This document shows positions 41,338-51,902 of a DNA stretch of 64,000 nt, piece by piece (positions within the stretch are counted from its first letter, which is position 1; the number at the start of each line of letters is the position of its first letter). The position numbers were made by a program, and so were the translations under genes. The notes beneath the pieces were generated by a model. It did not search any database. It was not told the DNA's origin and saw only the letters and a list, made by a program, of their open reading frames with translations. This DNA comes from Opitutia bacterium (GTDB lineage Bacteria > Verrucomicrobiota > Verrucomicrobiia > Opitutales > T3Sed10-336), in assembly GCA_003566885.1 (NCBI GenBank), contig PXBO01000107.1, positions 17,924 through 81,923 on the forward strand, written 5' to 3'.

Positions 41338-42870
41338 TCATCTCGCGGTGTCGCTGAAACGCTGCTCCCGAATCACCGTCACTTTGATGGTGCTGGGGTA
41401 CTGCAGGTTTTCTTCGATCTTTCGACGAATCTCGCGGGAAAGGTCGCGGGCATGATCGTCGGAAATGGAATTCGGATCAACAATCACCCGGATCTCACGG
41501 CCGGCCTGCAAAGCGTACACCTCGTTGACCCCTTCGATACCGGCGGCGATTTCCTCCAGCCGCTTGAGGCGGTCGATATAGGTGCTTTGACCCTCGTTGC
41601 GAACCCCGGGCCGCACGGCGGAAATCGTGTCGGCCACCATTACCAGTCCCGCAAAAATGCTCTCCGCCGGGACTTCCTCGTGATGGGCCGCCACGGCGTT
41701 GACCACGACCGGATCCTCGCCGTACCGCCGAAGAAAATCGGCGCCCACCAGGGCGTGACTCCCCTCGTGTTCGTGAGCGATGGCTTTGCCGATGTCGTGG
41801 AAAAGGCCCGCCCGCTTGGCGAGCATGGAATCGATGCCCAGTTCGGACGCGAGCATGGAACAGATAAAACCCACCTCCAGAGAATGATCGAGCACGTTCT
41901 GAGTGTAGGCGTAGCGATACTTGAGCTTTCCCAGGAGCAGGCGCACCTCCGGATGAACCCCGCCCAGACGCAGTTCATCGACCGCATCATCGCCAAACCG
42001 GGCGATATCGGTGGAAATCTCCGATTGAGCGCGGGAAACGCACTCCTCGATGCTGGACGGATGAATCCGTCCATCCTCGATCAGGTATTCCAGCCCGACC
42101 CGGGCCACTTCCCGGCGAACGGGATCGAACGAGGAGATCAAAACCGTATCCGGCGACTCGTCGACCAACAGGGTTACGCCGGTCACCGCCTCGAAACACT
42201 TTATGTTGCGTCCCTCCCGCCCGATGATCCGCCCCTTGATCTCCTCGCCGGGGATCGGCACCGTGGTGGCCGTGATGTCGTGCCGGGGCTGGGTTGCGAG
42301 GCGCTGCATGGCGGTGACCATCATCCTCAGGGCCTCGGTTTTCACCTCCTTCTCCGATTTTTCGAGGAGCATCCGCCGCAGGTTGCGCAATTCACTCTGG
42401 CAATCGACCCCCACCTCCTCGCGCAGAAGTTTTTCCGCCTCCGCCGCCGAGAGGTGCGCCACCTCTTCCAAGCGACGCCGGTAGACCTGGACGGTTTTGT
42501 TGATTTCGGCCTCCTTTTCGTACAGCCGCTCCTCTTCGTTTTCCAGCTTGCGGGTCCTCTCCCGGAGAGCCTCGCGATCATTGCTGAGACAACGCCGGCC
42601 GCTCTCGATCTGCTCGCGGTCCCGTTCCCGCTCCAGTTCGAAGCGGTCGCGCGACCGTTCCAACTCACCCCACTTACGATCGATTTTGGCTTGCGCCTCA
42701 TTCAGGATCTCGCGGGAGGAGATCTCTGCTTCCTTCTTGGTGTAAAAAAGGAGCTTCTCACATTGCTGCCGGGTATTATCCCTCCAGCGATGCGTAAGGT
42801 ACCAGACCAACAAGGCGGAAATCACCGCGGCCAGCAAACTTAGAAAAAGTGAAGGCCAAACGGTGCTCAT
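41338..42870 (-). CDS. rny: Ribonuclease Y
   Basis: 510 aa, with an N-terminal TM helix, a charged coiled-coil region, a KH domain (..GRIIGREGRNIKCFE..) and an HD domain (..HSLEV..LFHDIGKA..). Confidence 0.95.
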   Translation of the reverse strand: MSTVWPSLFLSLLAAVISALLVWYLTHRWRDNTRQQCEKLLFYTKKEAEISSREILNEAQAKIDRKWGELERSRDRFELERERDREQIESGRRCLSNDREALRERTRKLENEEERLYEKEAEINKTVQVYRRRLEEVAHLSAAEAEKLLREEVGVDCQSELRNLRRMLLEKSEKEVKTEALRMMVTAMQRLATQPRHDITATTVPIPGEEIKGRIIGREGRNIKCFEAVTGVTLLVDESPDTVLISSFDPVRREVARVGLEYLIEDGRIHPSSIEECVSRAQSEISTDIARFGDDAVDELRLGGVHPEVRLLLGKLKYRYAYTQNVLDHSLEVGFICSMLASELGIDSMLAKRAGLFHDIGKAIAHEHEGSHALVGADFLRRYGEDPVVVNAVAAHHEEVPAESIFAGLVMVADTISAVRPGVRNEGQSTYIDRLKRLEEIAAGIEGVNEVYALQAGREIRVIVDPNSISDDHARDLSREIRRKIEENLQYPSTIKVTVIREQRFSDTAR

Positions 42871-43141
42871 ATGCGATCTGACTCAAATCCTCTCAAAACC
42901 CCCATGATGAAGCATTAATTGATAAAATCCAACTTGAAAAAATCCTTGCTTCCGGTTCAATACTCTTGGGCGGCTACGCCCGAGCGCCAAGACGATTTCA
43001 GCACTCAAGCGATATTTTCGGGGCATTCCCTAAACCGCGGGAACAGCCCGATCCAATCCTCGTTTTCGGAAATATCCTTTCTCAGGGCATAAAATCAAAT
43101 TAATTTCTCACCACAGCCACCCCGGAGACGGGAACCATTCC

Positions 43142-44371
43142 TTGCAGATATCCAACTTAAAGCATTATTACTCAAGCTTTTTCAAGACGGCTGCCTACTC
43201 GCGCTTCGACCTCATCAACCCGATCTGCATGGTAGTCCTGATGGTGGCCGGGGTCTTTTTCATCTACAGCGCCCAGGTTTACACCGGCTTAAGTCAATTC
43301 CGCATGCAGATCGTCTGGATCGGCGGCGGGCTGATGGTCTACCTTTTCATGAGCCTGCTGGACTACCGCACCCTCCTCCAGGGCTCCCACTGGATCTACC
43401 TCGCATCCATCGGCATACTCCTCCTGCTATGGACCCCCCTGGCGGGCGAGGCCCGTCACGGCGCGGTTCGCTGGCTGGATTTCGGTTTTTTTTCGGTACA
43501 ACCCTCGGAAGCCGCCAAACTGGGATGCCTGGTAATCACCGCCAGCATACTGGCCCGCGGCAAAATCATCACCTTCGGCGAATCCCTTGGCACGGCGATC
43601 AAGATCGGGCTGGCGATTTCGATTCCTATGTTGTTGATTTTCATGCAACCCGATTTAGGATCGGCCCTAGTTATTCCACCGATGGTACTTTCACTGCTAT
43701 ATGTCGCCAACTTTCCGAAGATCTACTTCGGCACGGTTATCGGCATACTGCTGCTGGTAATCGCAATCGTAGCCATCGATGTTCGAGGCTACGAACGATT
43801 CCTCGAGAAGCACAATCTCTCTCCCACCGCCGACCGCGGCCAATACGAGGAGCACTCGCTCCTGCCCCTGCGCGACTACCAGAGGAATCGCATCCTCGCG
43901 TTTGTCGCGCCGGAAAGGATCGACCCGGTTGGCATCGGCTGGAATGTGCGCCAGTCGCTGATTTCGGTGGGATCCGGCGGCGCGTTCGGCAAAGGCTGGC
44001 AACAGGGCACTCAGGCCCAGCTCGGCTACCTGCCACGCGGCGTGGCACACAACGATTTTATTTTCTCCGTCCTCGCGGAGGAAAAAGGTTTTATGGGAAG
44101 CGCGCTGGTGGTGGGCCTTTACGGCCTGCTGCTGGTAAACGGGGTCCGCATCGCGGGCCTGGCGCGGGACCGTTTCGGCATGATGCTGGCCCTCGGGGTC
44201 ACGATAATCTTTTCCGTCCATGTTTTTATCAACATCGGCATGACGATCGGATTGATGCCCATAACCGGACTCCCGCTTCCCTTCTTGAGTTATGGAGGCT
44301 CTTTCATGATCAGCTGCTGCATCCTGCAAGGACTGGTGCAAAGCGTCTATCGCTTCAGAAAGGAATACTGA
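43142..44371 (+). CDS. rodA: SEDS-family peptidoglycan glycosyltransferase (RodA/FtsW family; RodA-like by context)
   Basis: 409 aa from a TTG start. It is polytopic, with SEDS motifs ..RWLDFGFFSVQPSEAAK.., ..FMQPDLGSAL.., ..HNDFIFSVLAEEKGF.., ..GLPLPFLSYGGS... It is followed by an RNase G-like gene, as in mre/rng neighbourhoods. The start codon is uncertain. Confidence 0.8.
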   Translation: MQISNLKHYYSSFFKTAAYSRFDLINPICMVVLMVAGVFFIYSAQVYTGLSQFRMQIVWIGGGLMVYLFMSLLDYRTLLQGSHWIYLASIGILLLLWTPLAGEARHGAVRWLDFGFFSVQPSEAAKLGCLVITASILARGKIITFGESLGTAIKIGLAISIPMLLIFMQPDLGSALVIPPMVLSLLYVANFPKIYFGTVIGILLLVIAIVAIDVRGYERFLEKHNLSPTADRGQYEEHSLLPLRDYQRNRILAFVAPERIDPVGIGWNVRQSLISVGSGGAFGKGWQQGTQAQLGYLPRGVAHNDFIFSVLAEEKGFMGSALVVGLYGLLLVNGVRIAGLARDRFGMMLALGVTIIFSVHVFINIGMTIGLMPITGLPLPFLSYGGSFMISCCILQGLVQSVYRFRKEY

Positions 44372-44467
44372 TGTCTGAACGCGATACCACCTCGACGCTG
44401 CTGCCAACCGCCGCAACAACGGCGACTGAGATGAAGAGCCCGGCAAAAACGGGACACATCCAGAAAA

Positions 44468-46231
44468 ATGAAACAATCACCTACCGACAAAAACGAACGA
44501 GATGACATTTCAGAGCGTCAAATCCAGGAACTGCAATCCCCGCCGGTCGAGCCAAACGTGCCGGCCATTCCGCGGGATAAACTGAAAAGGGAAGCTCGTG
44601 ATCGCGCCCGCAGGAAACCCCTGTTGAGCAAGATCCTCGACACTTTCAAGCGTGAGAAGGGCAGCTTCCGGGAACTGATCATTAACGCCGAGCCGCTGGA
44701 AAAGCGGGTGGCCCTGCTGGTCGACGGCGTCCTCGACAAGTTCGAAATCGAACGGGTCGGCGAGGATCGCCTGGTCGGCAGCATTTACAAGGGTCGAATC
44801 CAAAACCTGGAAAACGGGTTAAAGGCCGCCTTTGTCGATATCGGCATGCCCAAGAACGCCTTCCTGCACTACTGGGACATCCTGCCGGCGGCGGCCGACT
44901 CGTCCATCGAGGTGGTCCGGGTCAACAAGAAGCGCGACGACGGCAAGGCCAAGAGCAAACAGCTCAACCTAAAAGACGTCCCCGCCCATTATCCGGTGGG
45001 GAAGGAAATCGTGGTCCAGATCACCAAGGGGCCTATCGGCACCAAGGGACCTCGAACCACCACCAACATCAGCCTTCCCGGGCGCTTTCTGGTGCTGATG
45101 CCCTACTGCGACCAGTGCGGCATTTCGCGCAAAATCGAGGACCCGAAGGAGCGCAATCGTCTCAAAACGATCATCCGCTCCCTCACTATCCCCGAAGGCA
45201 TGGGGGTTATCCTGCGCACCGCCGGGGAAGGCAAAAAGCTGCGCTATTTCGTCCGCGACCTGCACATCCTGCTCAAGAAGTGGGAGGATATCAACACCAA
45301 GTTGGAAGAGGCCGGCAAGGTCGCCTGCCTCTACCAGGAGCCCGACCTGATCGAGCGCACGGTGCGCGATTTTCTGACCGAGGAAATCGATCGCGTCATC
45401 GTGGACAGCCAGGAGGATCATCGACGTATCGAGGAACTGGTTTCGCAGATCTCCTCCCGCTCGAAGTCCAAGGTCACCCTGTATTCGGACACCATTCCCA
45501 TCTTTGAGCGCTTCAATATCGAACGCCAAATCGAGCAGACGTTCCAGCGCCAAACCAACCTGCCCTCGGGCGGGCAGATTGTCATCGACGAAACCGAGGC
45601 CCTGATCGCCATCGACGTCAACACCGGAGCCCACAAGGCCAAAAGCGGCGAGGACAAGAACACGATCTTCCAGGTCAACATGGAGGCGGCCGCCGAAATC
45701 GCCCGCCAGGTGCGCCTGCGGAACATCGGGGGTCTGATTATCATCGACTTCATCGACATGAAAAGCCGCCGGGACCGCAATCAGCTCTACAGCCGGATGC
45801 GTTCGGAGATGGCCAGCGACCGGGCCAAAACCCACATTCTGCCCATATCCCAGCTCGGCATCATGCAGATGACCCGCCAGCGTCAGCAGGAAAGCCACTC
45901 GTCCGGACTCTACACCGATTGCCCCTACTGTCGCGGCCGCGGCATCGTCAAATCGGCGCGCACCATGAGCGTGGAGATTCAGCGGCGGCTGGCCAGCATA
46001 CTGCGGCGGCTGGCGTCCGAGGGCAAGAACACCGGTGACGGCGGCACCATTCGAGGGCTGCGGATTCTCGTTCATCCCAGCATTCTGGAACGTCTGCAAC
46101 AGGAGGATGAAGCCCTCCTGGCGGACTTGCAGCACTTGCACGGGGTGAGTCTCGCCTTTCGCCCCGACGCGAGTTTCCACGTGGAGAATTTCAAGATCGT
46201 CGATATGGACAGCGGTCACGAGTACCGCTGA
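44468..46231 (+). CDS. rng: Rne/Rng family ribonuclease (RNase G-like)
   Basis: 587 aa, with an S1 domain ([23 protein letters not shown]), a catalytic core (..IDVNTG.., ..[11 protein letters not shown]..) and a CPxCxGxG zinc link (CPYCRGRG). It lacks the long C-terminal scaffold of RNase E and carries a roughly 65-aa charged N-terminal extension. Confidence 0.9.
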   Translation: MKQSPTDKNERDDISERQIQELQSPPVEPNVPAIPRDKLKREARDRARRKPLLSKILDTFKREKGSFRELIINAEPLEKRVALLVDGVLDKFEIERVGEDRLVGSIYKGRIQNLENGLKAAFVDIGMPKNAFLHYWDILPAAADSSIEVVRVNKKRDDGKAKSKQLNLKDVPAHYPVGKEIVVQITKGPIGTKGPRTTTNISLPGRFLVLMPYCDQCGISRKIEDPKERNRLKTIIRSLTIPEGMGVILRTAGEGKKLRYFVRDLHILLKKWEDINTKLEEAGKVACLYQEPDLIERTVRDFLTEEIDRVIVDSQEDHRRIEELVSQISSRSKSKVTLYSDTIPIFERFNIERQIEQTFQRQTNLPSGGQIVIDETEALIAIDVNTGAHKAKSGEDKNTIFQVNMEAAAEIARQVRLRNIGGLIIIDFIDMKSRRDRNQLYSRMRSEMASDRAKTHILPISQLGIMQMTRQRQQESHSSGLYTDCPYCRGRGIVKSARTMSVEIQRRLASILRRLASEGKNTGDGGTIRGLRILVHPSILERLQQEDEALLADLQHLHGVSLAFRPDASFHVENFKIVDMDSGHEYR

Positions 46232-46282
46232 ACTTGCTGGAGAACCGTTTTCCATGGTCGGACCAGGAAACCAAGGACACCT

Positions 46283-47764
46283 ATGCAGGAAACAGGAACC
46301 AATAACGGACGGGGCTTCTGGAGCTCACGTTTCGCCTTCGTCCTGGCGGCGGCCGGATCGGCGGTAGGCCTGGGCAATATCTGGGGCTTCCCCACCACCG
46401 CCGCCCAGAACGGCGGCGGCGGTTTCGTCCTGGTTTATATCCTCTGCATCCTCCTGGTAGGCCTCCCGGTGATGCTGGCGGAAATGGTCATCGGCCGGGC
46501 GGGAGAAAAGAACGCGGTGGGAGCACTGCAGCACTTGAAACCAGGGACTCCCTGGTACCTGGTCGGAGTGCTGGGCGTGGTCACCGGATTCGTCATCCTG
46601 TCCTTTTATTCCGTAATCGCCGGCTGGACCGTTTTTTATTTCATCCAGGCGGCCGGCGGCGCCCTGAAGGTTCCCGAGGGTCAGGACAGCGCCACCTATT
46701 TCGGGGAGATGTTCGAATCCATGACCGCCAATCCGGGATACGAGATCCTCTTCGTGGCCATATTCATGATCGCCACCATCGCCATTGTCGCCGCCGGCGT
46801 GCGTAAAGGCATCGAGCGCTCGGTCAAAATTATGATGCCCCTGCTGTTCGTGCTGCTGATTCTGCTGATCGGACGCTCGATCACCCTGGAGGGCGCCGGC
46901 GAGGGTTTGCGCCACTATCTGAAGCCGGATTTCAACGCGATCAACCGCGACGTGATTATTATGGCGATGGGACAAGCCTTTTTCTCCCTCAGTCTCGGTA
47001 TGGGAGTCATGATCACCTATGGCAGCTATCTGCGCCGAGAGGAGTGCCTCCCCTCCTCCGCCGGCTACGTGGTGACGGCCGACAGCCTGATCGCCATATT
47101 CGCCGGGTTGATCGTGTTTCCGGTCATCTTCTTCATGGTCGCGGTTCACGGCGCCGAGGCCGAAGATCTGGTGGCCCAGGGCGCCGGACTGGTGTTCGTC
47201 ATCTTTCCGCAAATTCTGGTTGAACTCCCGGGGGGCGCCGCAGTCACGGCGATTTTCGGCTCCGCCTTTTTCCTGCTCCTCGCCATCGCCGCCCTCACAT
47301 CGGCCATCAGCCTGTTGGAGGTGGTTACGGCCCATTTTGTCGACGATTGGAAAATTCCGCGCAAGAAAGCAGCCTGGGGCCTCGGCGGAATCATTTTCCT
47401 TCTGGCCATTCCCTCCGCTCTGAGCCAGGGAGCCGTCGAGTGGCTGTCCGAAGGAGGGCTCTTTGGAGTCTCCTTTTTCGACCTCCTTTACATCATCACG
47501 TTTCGTTTTTTCCTGCCGGTGGGCGCGCTCGGACTGGCCCTCTTTGTCGGTTGGGCCTGGGGGCTGAAGAACGCCTCTCTGGCGATTCAAACCGGCACAC
47601 CGAATTTTCGACTGGAAAAACTCTGGCAGATCATGATCCGCTATGTGGCTCCCATCGCCATCGCCGTCATCCTGGCCAGTCAGATCGCCGCGGTTTTCGC
47701 AAGCAGCGACGATCAGGAGCCCGCGGAGCCGGCGGCGGAAGAAAGCCCGGCGGAAGCCGGTTAA
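46283..47764 (+). CDS. Sodium-dependent transporter, neurotransmitter:sodium symporter (SNF) family
   Basis: 493 aa. It has the signature WSSRFAFVLAAAGSAVGLGNIWGFP and is polytopic. Confidence 0.9.
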   Translation: MQETGTNNGRGFWSSRFAFVLAAAGSAVGLGNIWGFPTTAAQNGGGGFVLVYILCILLVGLPVMLAEMVIGRAGEKNAVGALQHLKPGTPWYLVGVLGVVTGFVILSFYSVIAGWTVFYFIQAAGGALKVPEGQDSATYFGEMFESMTANPGYEILFVAIFMIATIAIVAAGVRKGIERSVKIMMPLLFVLLILLIGRSITLEGAGEGLRHYLKPDFNAINRDVIIMAMGQAFFSLSLGMGVMITYGSYLRREECLPSSAGYVVTADSLIAIFAGLIVFPVIFFMVAVHGAEAEDLVAQGAGLVFVIFPQILVELPGGAAVTAIFGSAFFLLLAIAALTSAISLLEVVTAHFVDDWKIPRKKAAWGLGGIIFLLAIPSALSQGAVEWLSEGGLFGVSFFDLLYIITFRFFLPVGALGLALFVGWAWGLKNASLAIQTGTPNFRLEKLWQIMIRYVAPIAIAVILASQIAAVFASSDDQEPAEPAAEESPAEAG

Positions 47765-47794
47765 ACTTGATTTTTTCAATATATCCGCAATTCC

Positions 47795-49645
47795 ATGAGT
47801 ACATCCACGCAACCTGAAAAACACACGTTTCAAGCCGAGGTTCAGCAACTGCTGGATATCGTGATTCACTCGCTCTACACGGACCATGAGATCTTCGTCC
47901 GTGAGTTGGTGTCGAACGCCTCGGACGCGCTGGAGAAACTTCGTCATATCCAGCTCACCGAAAAGGAGATCTTCGACGACCGCCTGCCGCTGGAAATCAA
48001 TATCACCACGGACGACACCGCCAAAACGATCACGATCCAGGACTTCGGAGTGGGCATGACCCACGACGAACTGGTGACCAACCTCGGCACCATCGCACAC
48101 TCCGGCTCCAAGGCTTTCCTCCAGGCCCTGCGCGAAAGCGGCGGCAAAGGAGAAAATCTCATCGGCCAGTTCGGCGTCGGCTTTTACAGCGCATTCATGG
48201 TGGCCAAGCGAGTGCGGGTGTTCGCTCGATCCTGGAAAAAGGATGAGTCGGGCTGGTGCTGGACCAGCGAGGGCGCGGGCAGCTACGAAATCGAAGCGGC
48301 CGAAGGGCAGCGCCGCGGCTGTAAAATCGTGGTGGAACTGCGGGACGAAGGCAAGGAGTTCGCCGGCGCCGACCGGGTGAAGTCGATTCTCCGGCGCTAT
48401 TCCAGCTTCGTCCAGTTCCCCATCAACCTCAACGGTGAAAAGGTGAACACCGTCCAGGCGCTCTGGATGCGCAACAAAAACGAGATCAAAGACGAGGAGT
48501 ACACCGAGTTTTATAAATTCACCGCCAACGCCTTCGATGAGCCGCGTTACCGGCTCCACTTCAATGCCGACGCTCCGATCGCCATCAATGCTCTCCTCTT
48601 CACACCGAAGGAAAACCCCGAACGCCTCGGGTTCGGGCGGATTGATCCCGGGGTGGCTCTGCACTGCCGAAAAATCCTGATCGATCATCAGCCCAAGGGA
48701 CTTCTGCCGGACTGGTTGCGTTTCCTCAAAGGGGTGGTGGACAGCGAGGATCTGCCCCTAAATATCTCCCGCGAAACCATGCAGGACAGTTCGCTGGTGC
48801 AGAAACTCAATCGCCTGCTCACCCGGCGCTTTCTCAAGTTCCTGGAGGAGGAGGCGGAAAAACGGCCGGACGGCTACACCGAGTTCTTCCGTCAATTCGG
48901 CTTTTTCATCAAAGAAGGCGCGGCCACCGATTTCCAGCACCGCGAGCAATTGACCAGGCTATTGCGCTTCGAGTCGAACCTGACCGAAAAAGGAGCCCTG
49001 ACCAGTCTGAGCGATTACCTTTCCCGCGCCCGCGAGAATCAGGAGGAAATCTATTACCTTTCCGGACCGAACCGCGAGTCGATCGAGAGCGGACCTTACC
49101 TGGAAGCCTTCCGGGCCCGAAATCTCGAGGTGCTCTACCTCTTTGAGCCGATCGACGAGTTCGTCATGAACAACCTGCAGGATTTCGAAGGCAAACGATT
49201 CGCCTCCGCCGATCAGTCCGACCTGAAACTGGAGGACCTGGGCTCGCCTCAGGGCGAGGCGCTGAGCGAAGACGAAACCCGCGACCTGTGCCTCTGGCTG
49301 CGCGACACCCTGGGAGACCGAGTCGCCGAGGTCGCCCCGGGAAAGCGCCTGGTGGAGAGTCCCGCCCTGGTGCTCAACGCGGATAAGATGATGACCCCCA
49401 CCATGCGCCGGATGATGAAAAACATGACTCCGGATTTCGACGACACCGTGCGGGTCAATCTGGAAATCAATCCGCGTCACAACCTGGTCCGCAAAATCGC
49501 GGCCCTGCGCGGCAAAAACGAACCGCTGGCCAAATTGGCGGCCGAGCAGATCTTCGACAACGCGTTGATCTCAGCCGGCCTCCTGGACGATCCCCGGCGC
49601 ATTGTCGATCGTGTTCACAAGATTCTCGAAGCCGCCATGGATTAA
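47795..49645 (+). CDS. htpG: Molecular chaperone HtpG (Hsp90)
   Basis: 616 aa. FQAEVQQLLDIVIHSLYTDHEIFVRELVSNASDA, IGQFGVGFYSAFMVA and the overall length are typical of HtpG. Confidence 0.95.
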   Translation: MSTSTQPEKHTFQAEVQQLLDIVIHSLYTDHEIFVRELVSNASDALEKLRHIQLTEKEIFDDRLPLEINITTDDTAKTITIQDFGVGMTHDELVTNLGTIAHSGSKAFLQALRESGGKGENLIGQFGVGFYSAFMVAKRVRVFARSWKKDESGWCWTSEGAGSYEIEAAEGQRRGCKIVVELRDEGKEFAGADRVKSILRRYSSFVQFPINLNGEKVNTVQALWMRNKNEIKDEEYTEFYKFTANAFDEPRYRLHFNADAPIAINALLFTPKENPERLGFGRIDPGVALHCRKILIDHQPKGLLPDWLRFLKGVVDSEDLPLNISRETMQDSSLVQKLNRLLTRRFLKFLEEEAEKRPDGYTEFFRQFGFFIKEGAATDFQHREQLTRLLRFESNLTEKGALTSLSDYLSRARENQEEIYYLSGPNRESIESGPYLEAFRARNLEVLYLFEPIDEFVMNNLQDFEGKRFASADQSDLKLEDLGSPQGEALSEDETRDLCLWLRDTLGDRVAEVAPGKRLVESPALVLNADKMMTPTMRRMMKNMTPDFDDTVRVNLEINPRHNLVRKIAALRGKNEPLAKLAAEQIFDNALISAGLLDDPRRIVDRVHKILEAAMD

Positions 49646-49712
49646 ACGTTGGCCGCTGCGGGACAACAATCTGTTGACGGAACCCTCCGGGAGAAATAGC
49701 GTCATTACTTGC

Positions 49713-50207
49713 ATGAAAAACCCTCCCATCGACCTAAAGGGGAACCGTTCGCATGGTTTTTCGCTGCTCGAAATCGTCACGCTGATCGCCATTCTCGCCC
49801 TGCTGGCTGGCGTGGCCTACCCCATTGCCGACCGGATGCGCGAGAACAATCGCAACCAGTCCTTCCTCAATGACCTTCGGCGCATCAGCAGCGCGGTCTC
49901 TCTGTACGCCATCAACCACGAGGGGCCGCCGGCCGCGCAGGGACCCGGTCAGTCTCCGGAGGGCCTCGAGGCCTTCCTGGAACGCTTCGACTGGAGCCAA
50001 CCCACACCCTTCGGCGGCCAGTGGGAATGGATTCGAAATCAACACGGCGTTCGCACCGCCATCGCGGTCCTCGATCCCGAAGTTTCCGAGGACCAGCTCA
50101 GACGGTTCGACCGCAGGGAAGACGACGGCAGCCTGCACGACGGTGACTTCCGCTTTATTTCCGAAAACCGCTACGCCCTGGTGCTGGACGATCGTCCGAT
50201 CGACTGA
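49713..50207 (+). CDS. Prepilin-type N-terminal cleavage/methylation domain protein (pseudopilin-like)
   Basis: The start is set at ATG 49713 (MKNPPIDLKGNRSHGFSLLEIVTLIAILALLAGVAYP). G-F-S-L-L-E-I plus a hydrophobic helix is the class III signal. The protein is about 164 aa. The upstream part of the listed ORF overlaps the htpG end. Confidence 0.75.
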   Translation: MKNPPIDLKGNRSHGFSLLEIVTLIAILALLAGVAYPIADRMRENNRNQSFLNDLRRISSAVSLYAINHEGPPAAQGPGQSPEGLEAFLERFDWSQPTPFGGQWEWIRNQHGVRTAIAVLDPEVSEDQLRRFDRREDDGSLHDGDFRFISENRYALVLDDRPID

Positions 50208-50215
50208 CTCCCGCT

Positions 50216-51076
50216 TTAAATCTCGGTCAAACGCGATGTGGCGTTCAGGCGGTCAACCAGGATCTCCAGAACCCCTTCATGCTCACCGGCCAACGGGGTC
50301 ATCACCGTTCGCAGGCTCGGATGCATCGCCTCAGCCTCGGCGCAAATCGCCGCCACATCGCCCCCCGGACCGGCATGCCGTCCCGGGGAAAGAAACATCA
50401 TCGAAACGACCACGGTGCCGCGGTCAAACCCGGGGGTTCCCAGCAGTCGGCTCAGCAAGGGCTCGTTGAAGCGATACTGGTCACCCTCCCGCCTTTCCAT
50501 CGACGACGCCGCCACCCGGGCGACCCGACCTCCAAGAATTTCCCCCAGGCGCACCGCGACCCGATTCCGCACTTCCGTCACTTCCGGCGCCGGACTGCCG
50601 TGATCGACCAAGGCCACCGCCGGATTCGATCCCGATTCCAGCCGGGCGAGGACTCCGTCGGCCAAAATCGACGCCACGCGGTCCTCGTCGTCCGGAACGG
50701 TGTCGACCAGCGGCGGCGCCCGACGCACCCGAAGCCCGGGAAACTCGCGGCGCAAACGCCGGACACGAGCGGGCATAAAATCGGTCAGCGCCCGGCTGGG
50801 CCCGAAAAAAAAGGGCACCACCCGGAAATTTACCACCCCCTGCGCGGCGCGCCTGGTCAGGGCCGATTCGAAAATCTCCGCGCTCCTCCCTCCAAGTTTC
50901 TCCGCCGGAACCTTGTGCGAATGCAGAAGGGACACCGGGCACACCCTTCGCCCGCATCGCTCCGCGAGAAGTTTCGCCACCCGGCGCAGATTCCATGTGG
51001 CCTCCGGGCGCAAAGACCCGTTATCGACCAGGAAAACTTCCTCGTCCGGCATCGCTTCTTGCTTGTCACCGTCCAT
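50216..51076 (-). CDS. cbiX: CbiX/SirB-type sirohydrochlorin chelatase (two-domain form)
   Basis: 286 aa with two CbiX-like halves (..VFLVDNGSLRPEA..VSLLHS.. and ..VALVDHGSPAPEV..). Metal specificity cannot be determined from the sequence. Confidence 0.65.
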   Translation of the reverse strand: MDGDKQEAMPDEEVFLVDNGSLRPEATWNLRRVAKLLAERCGRRVCPVSLLHSHKVPAEKLGGRSAEIFESALTRRAAQGVVNFRVVPFFFGPSRALTDFMPARVRRLRREFPGLRVRRAPPLVDTVPDDEDRVASILADGVLARLESGSNPAVALVDHGSPAPEVTEVRNRVAVRLGEILGGRVARVAASSMERREGDQYRFNEPLLSRLLGTPGFDRGTVVVSMMFLSPGRHAGPGGDVAAICAEAEAMHPSLRTVMTPLAGEHEGVLEILVDRLNATSRLTEI

Positions 51077-51194
51077 ACACCTATGAATACGTACATTTAC
51101 CGATCACGCCACCGTCCGGCGATTTCAATTTTTCTTGCGATCTTTCACGAGCTTTCGCAACCTGTCGTAGCTGAAAATCCAAAAAACCATTTCC

Positions 51195-51806
51195 ATGAAG
51201 TTCTGTAAATCCATCGCGATCCTCCTCTTTGGCCTGTGTGTCATCAGCCTTTTCTCCGCTTGTCAGGAACGGCCGCGACCAAGCCCCGATCAGACCATGA
51301 TCGGTGATGAGGCCTATGAATCAGGCTATTTGGGCGATGCCGCCACCCGATCCGCCGATCGGACCGGTATGACCGATGAACTGGCCGGCTCGCAGTTTCT
51401 GGAGGATTTCGGGGGCATGCAACTGGACCCGATCCTGGAACAGCGGGAGCCTTTTGGCAACGGCGAACGGGTGCGCGGCCTTTTTGAATCGGTTTACTTC
51501 GAATTCGACCGCTCCAACATTCGTCCGGGAGAACGCTCGAAGATCGAGCGAGTCGCCGAACACCTGAGACAAAATCCGAACCAGAATATCATGCTGGAGG
51601 GGCACTGCGACTGGCGCGGCACCACGGAGTACAACCTGGGTCTGGGTGATCGCCGCGCTTCCAGCGTTAGCGAATACCTGCAAAACCTGGGAATTCCCCG
51701 CAGCCGGATCGAAGTGCTGTCCATGGGCGATCTCGAAGCCGCGGTAGGCGGCACCGAAGCACAAATGGCCGAAGATCGGCGTGTCGAATTCGTGATCCTG
51801 CAGTGA
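51195..51806 (+). CDS. pal: OmpA-domain lipoprotein (peptidoglycan-associated lipoprotein-like)
   Basis: Lipobox LFSAC at the end of a signal peptide. C-terminal OmpA-like domain: VYFEFDRSNIRP..LEGHCDWRGTTEYNLGLGDRRA..RRVEFVI. Confidence 0.85.
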   Translation: MKFCKSIAILLFGLCVISLFSACQERPRPSPDQTMIGDEAYESGYLGDAATRSADRTGMTDELAGSQFLEDFGGMQLDPILEQREPFGNGERVRGLFESVYFEFDRSNIRPGERSKIERVAEHLRQNPNQNIMLEGHCDWRGTTEYNLGLGDRRASSVSEYLQNLGIPRSRIEVLSMGDLEAAVGGTEAQMAEDRRVEFVILQ

Positions 51807-51844
51807 GCGGGGTCGCGGTTTTCTTTGTCGGTTAACGGTTGCCG

Positions 51845-51870
51845 GTTCCCGGAAGTTTGAATCCGGGAAC
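51845..51870. terminator. Hairpin downstream of pal (9-bp stem gttcccgga/tccgggaac)
   Basis: Perfect 9-bp stem with an 8-nt loop, 39 nt after the pal stop, in a convergent intergenic region. There is no U-tract. Confidence 0.3.
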
Positions 51871-51902
51871 ACGGAATCAACGGGTAGGAAACGACAGATC
51901 CC

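Noticed and set aside
42871-43141. Sigma-70-like promoter (ttgaaa...tcaatact) in the rny/rodA divergent spacer.
   Set aside because: The match to -35/-10 consensus and spacing is poor, and I do not know the PVC promoter consensus. It is not supportable as a feature.
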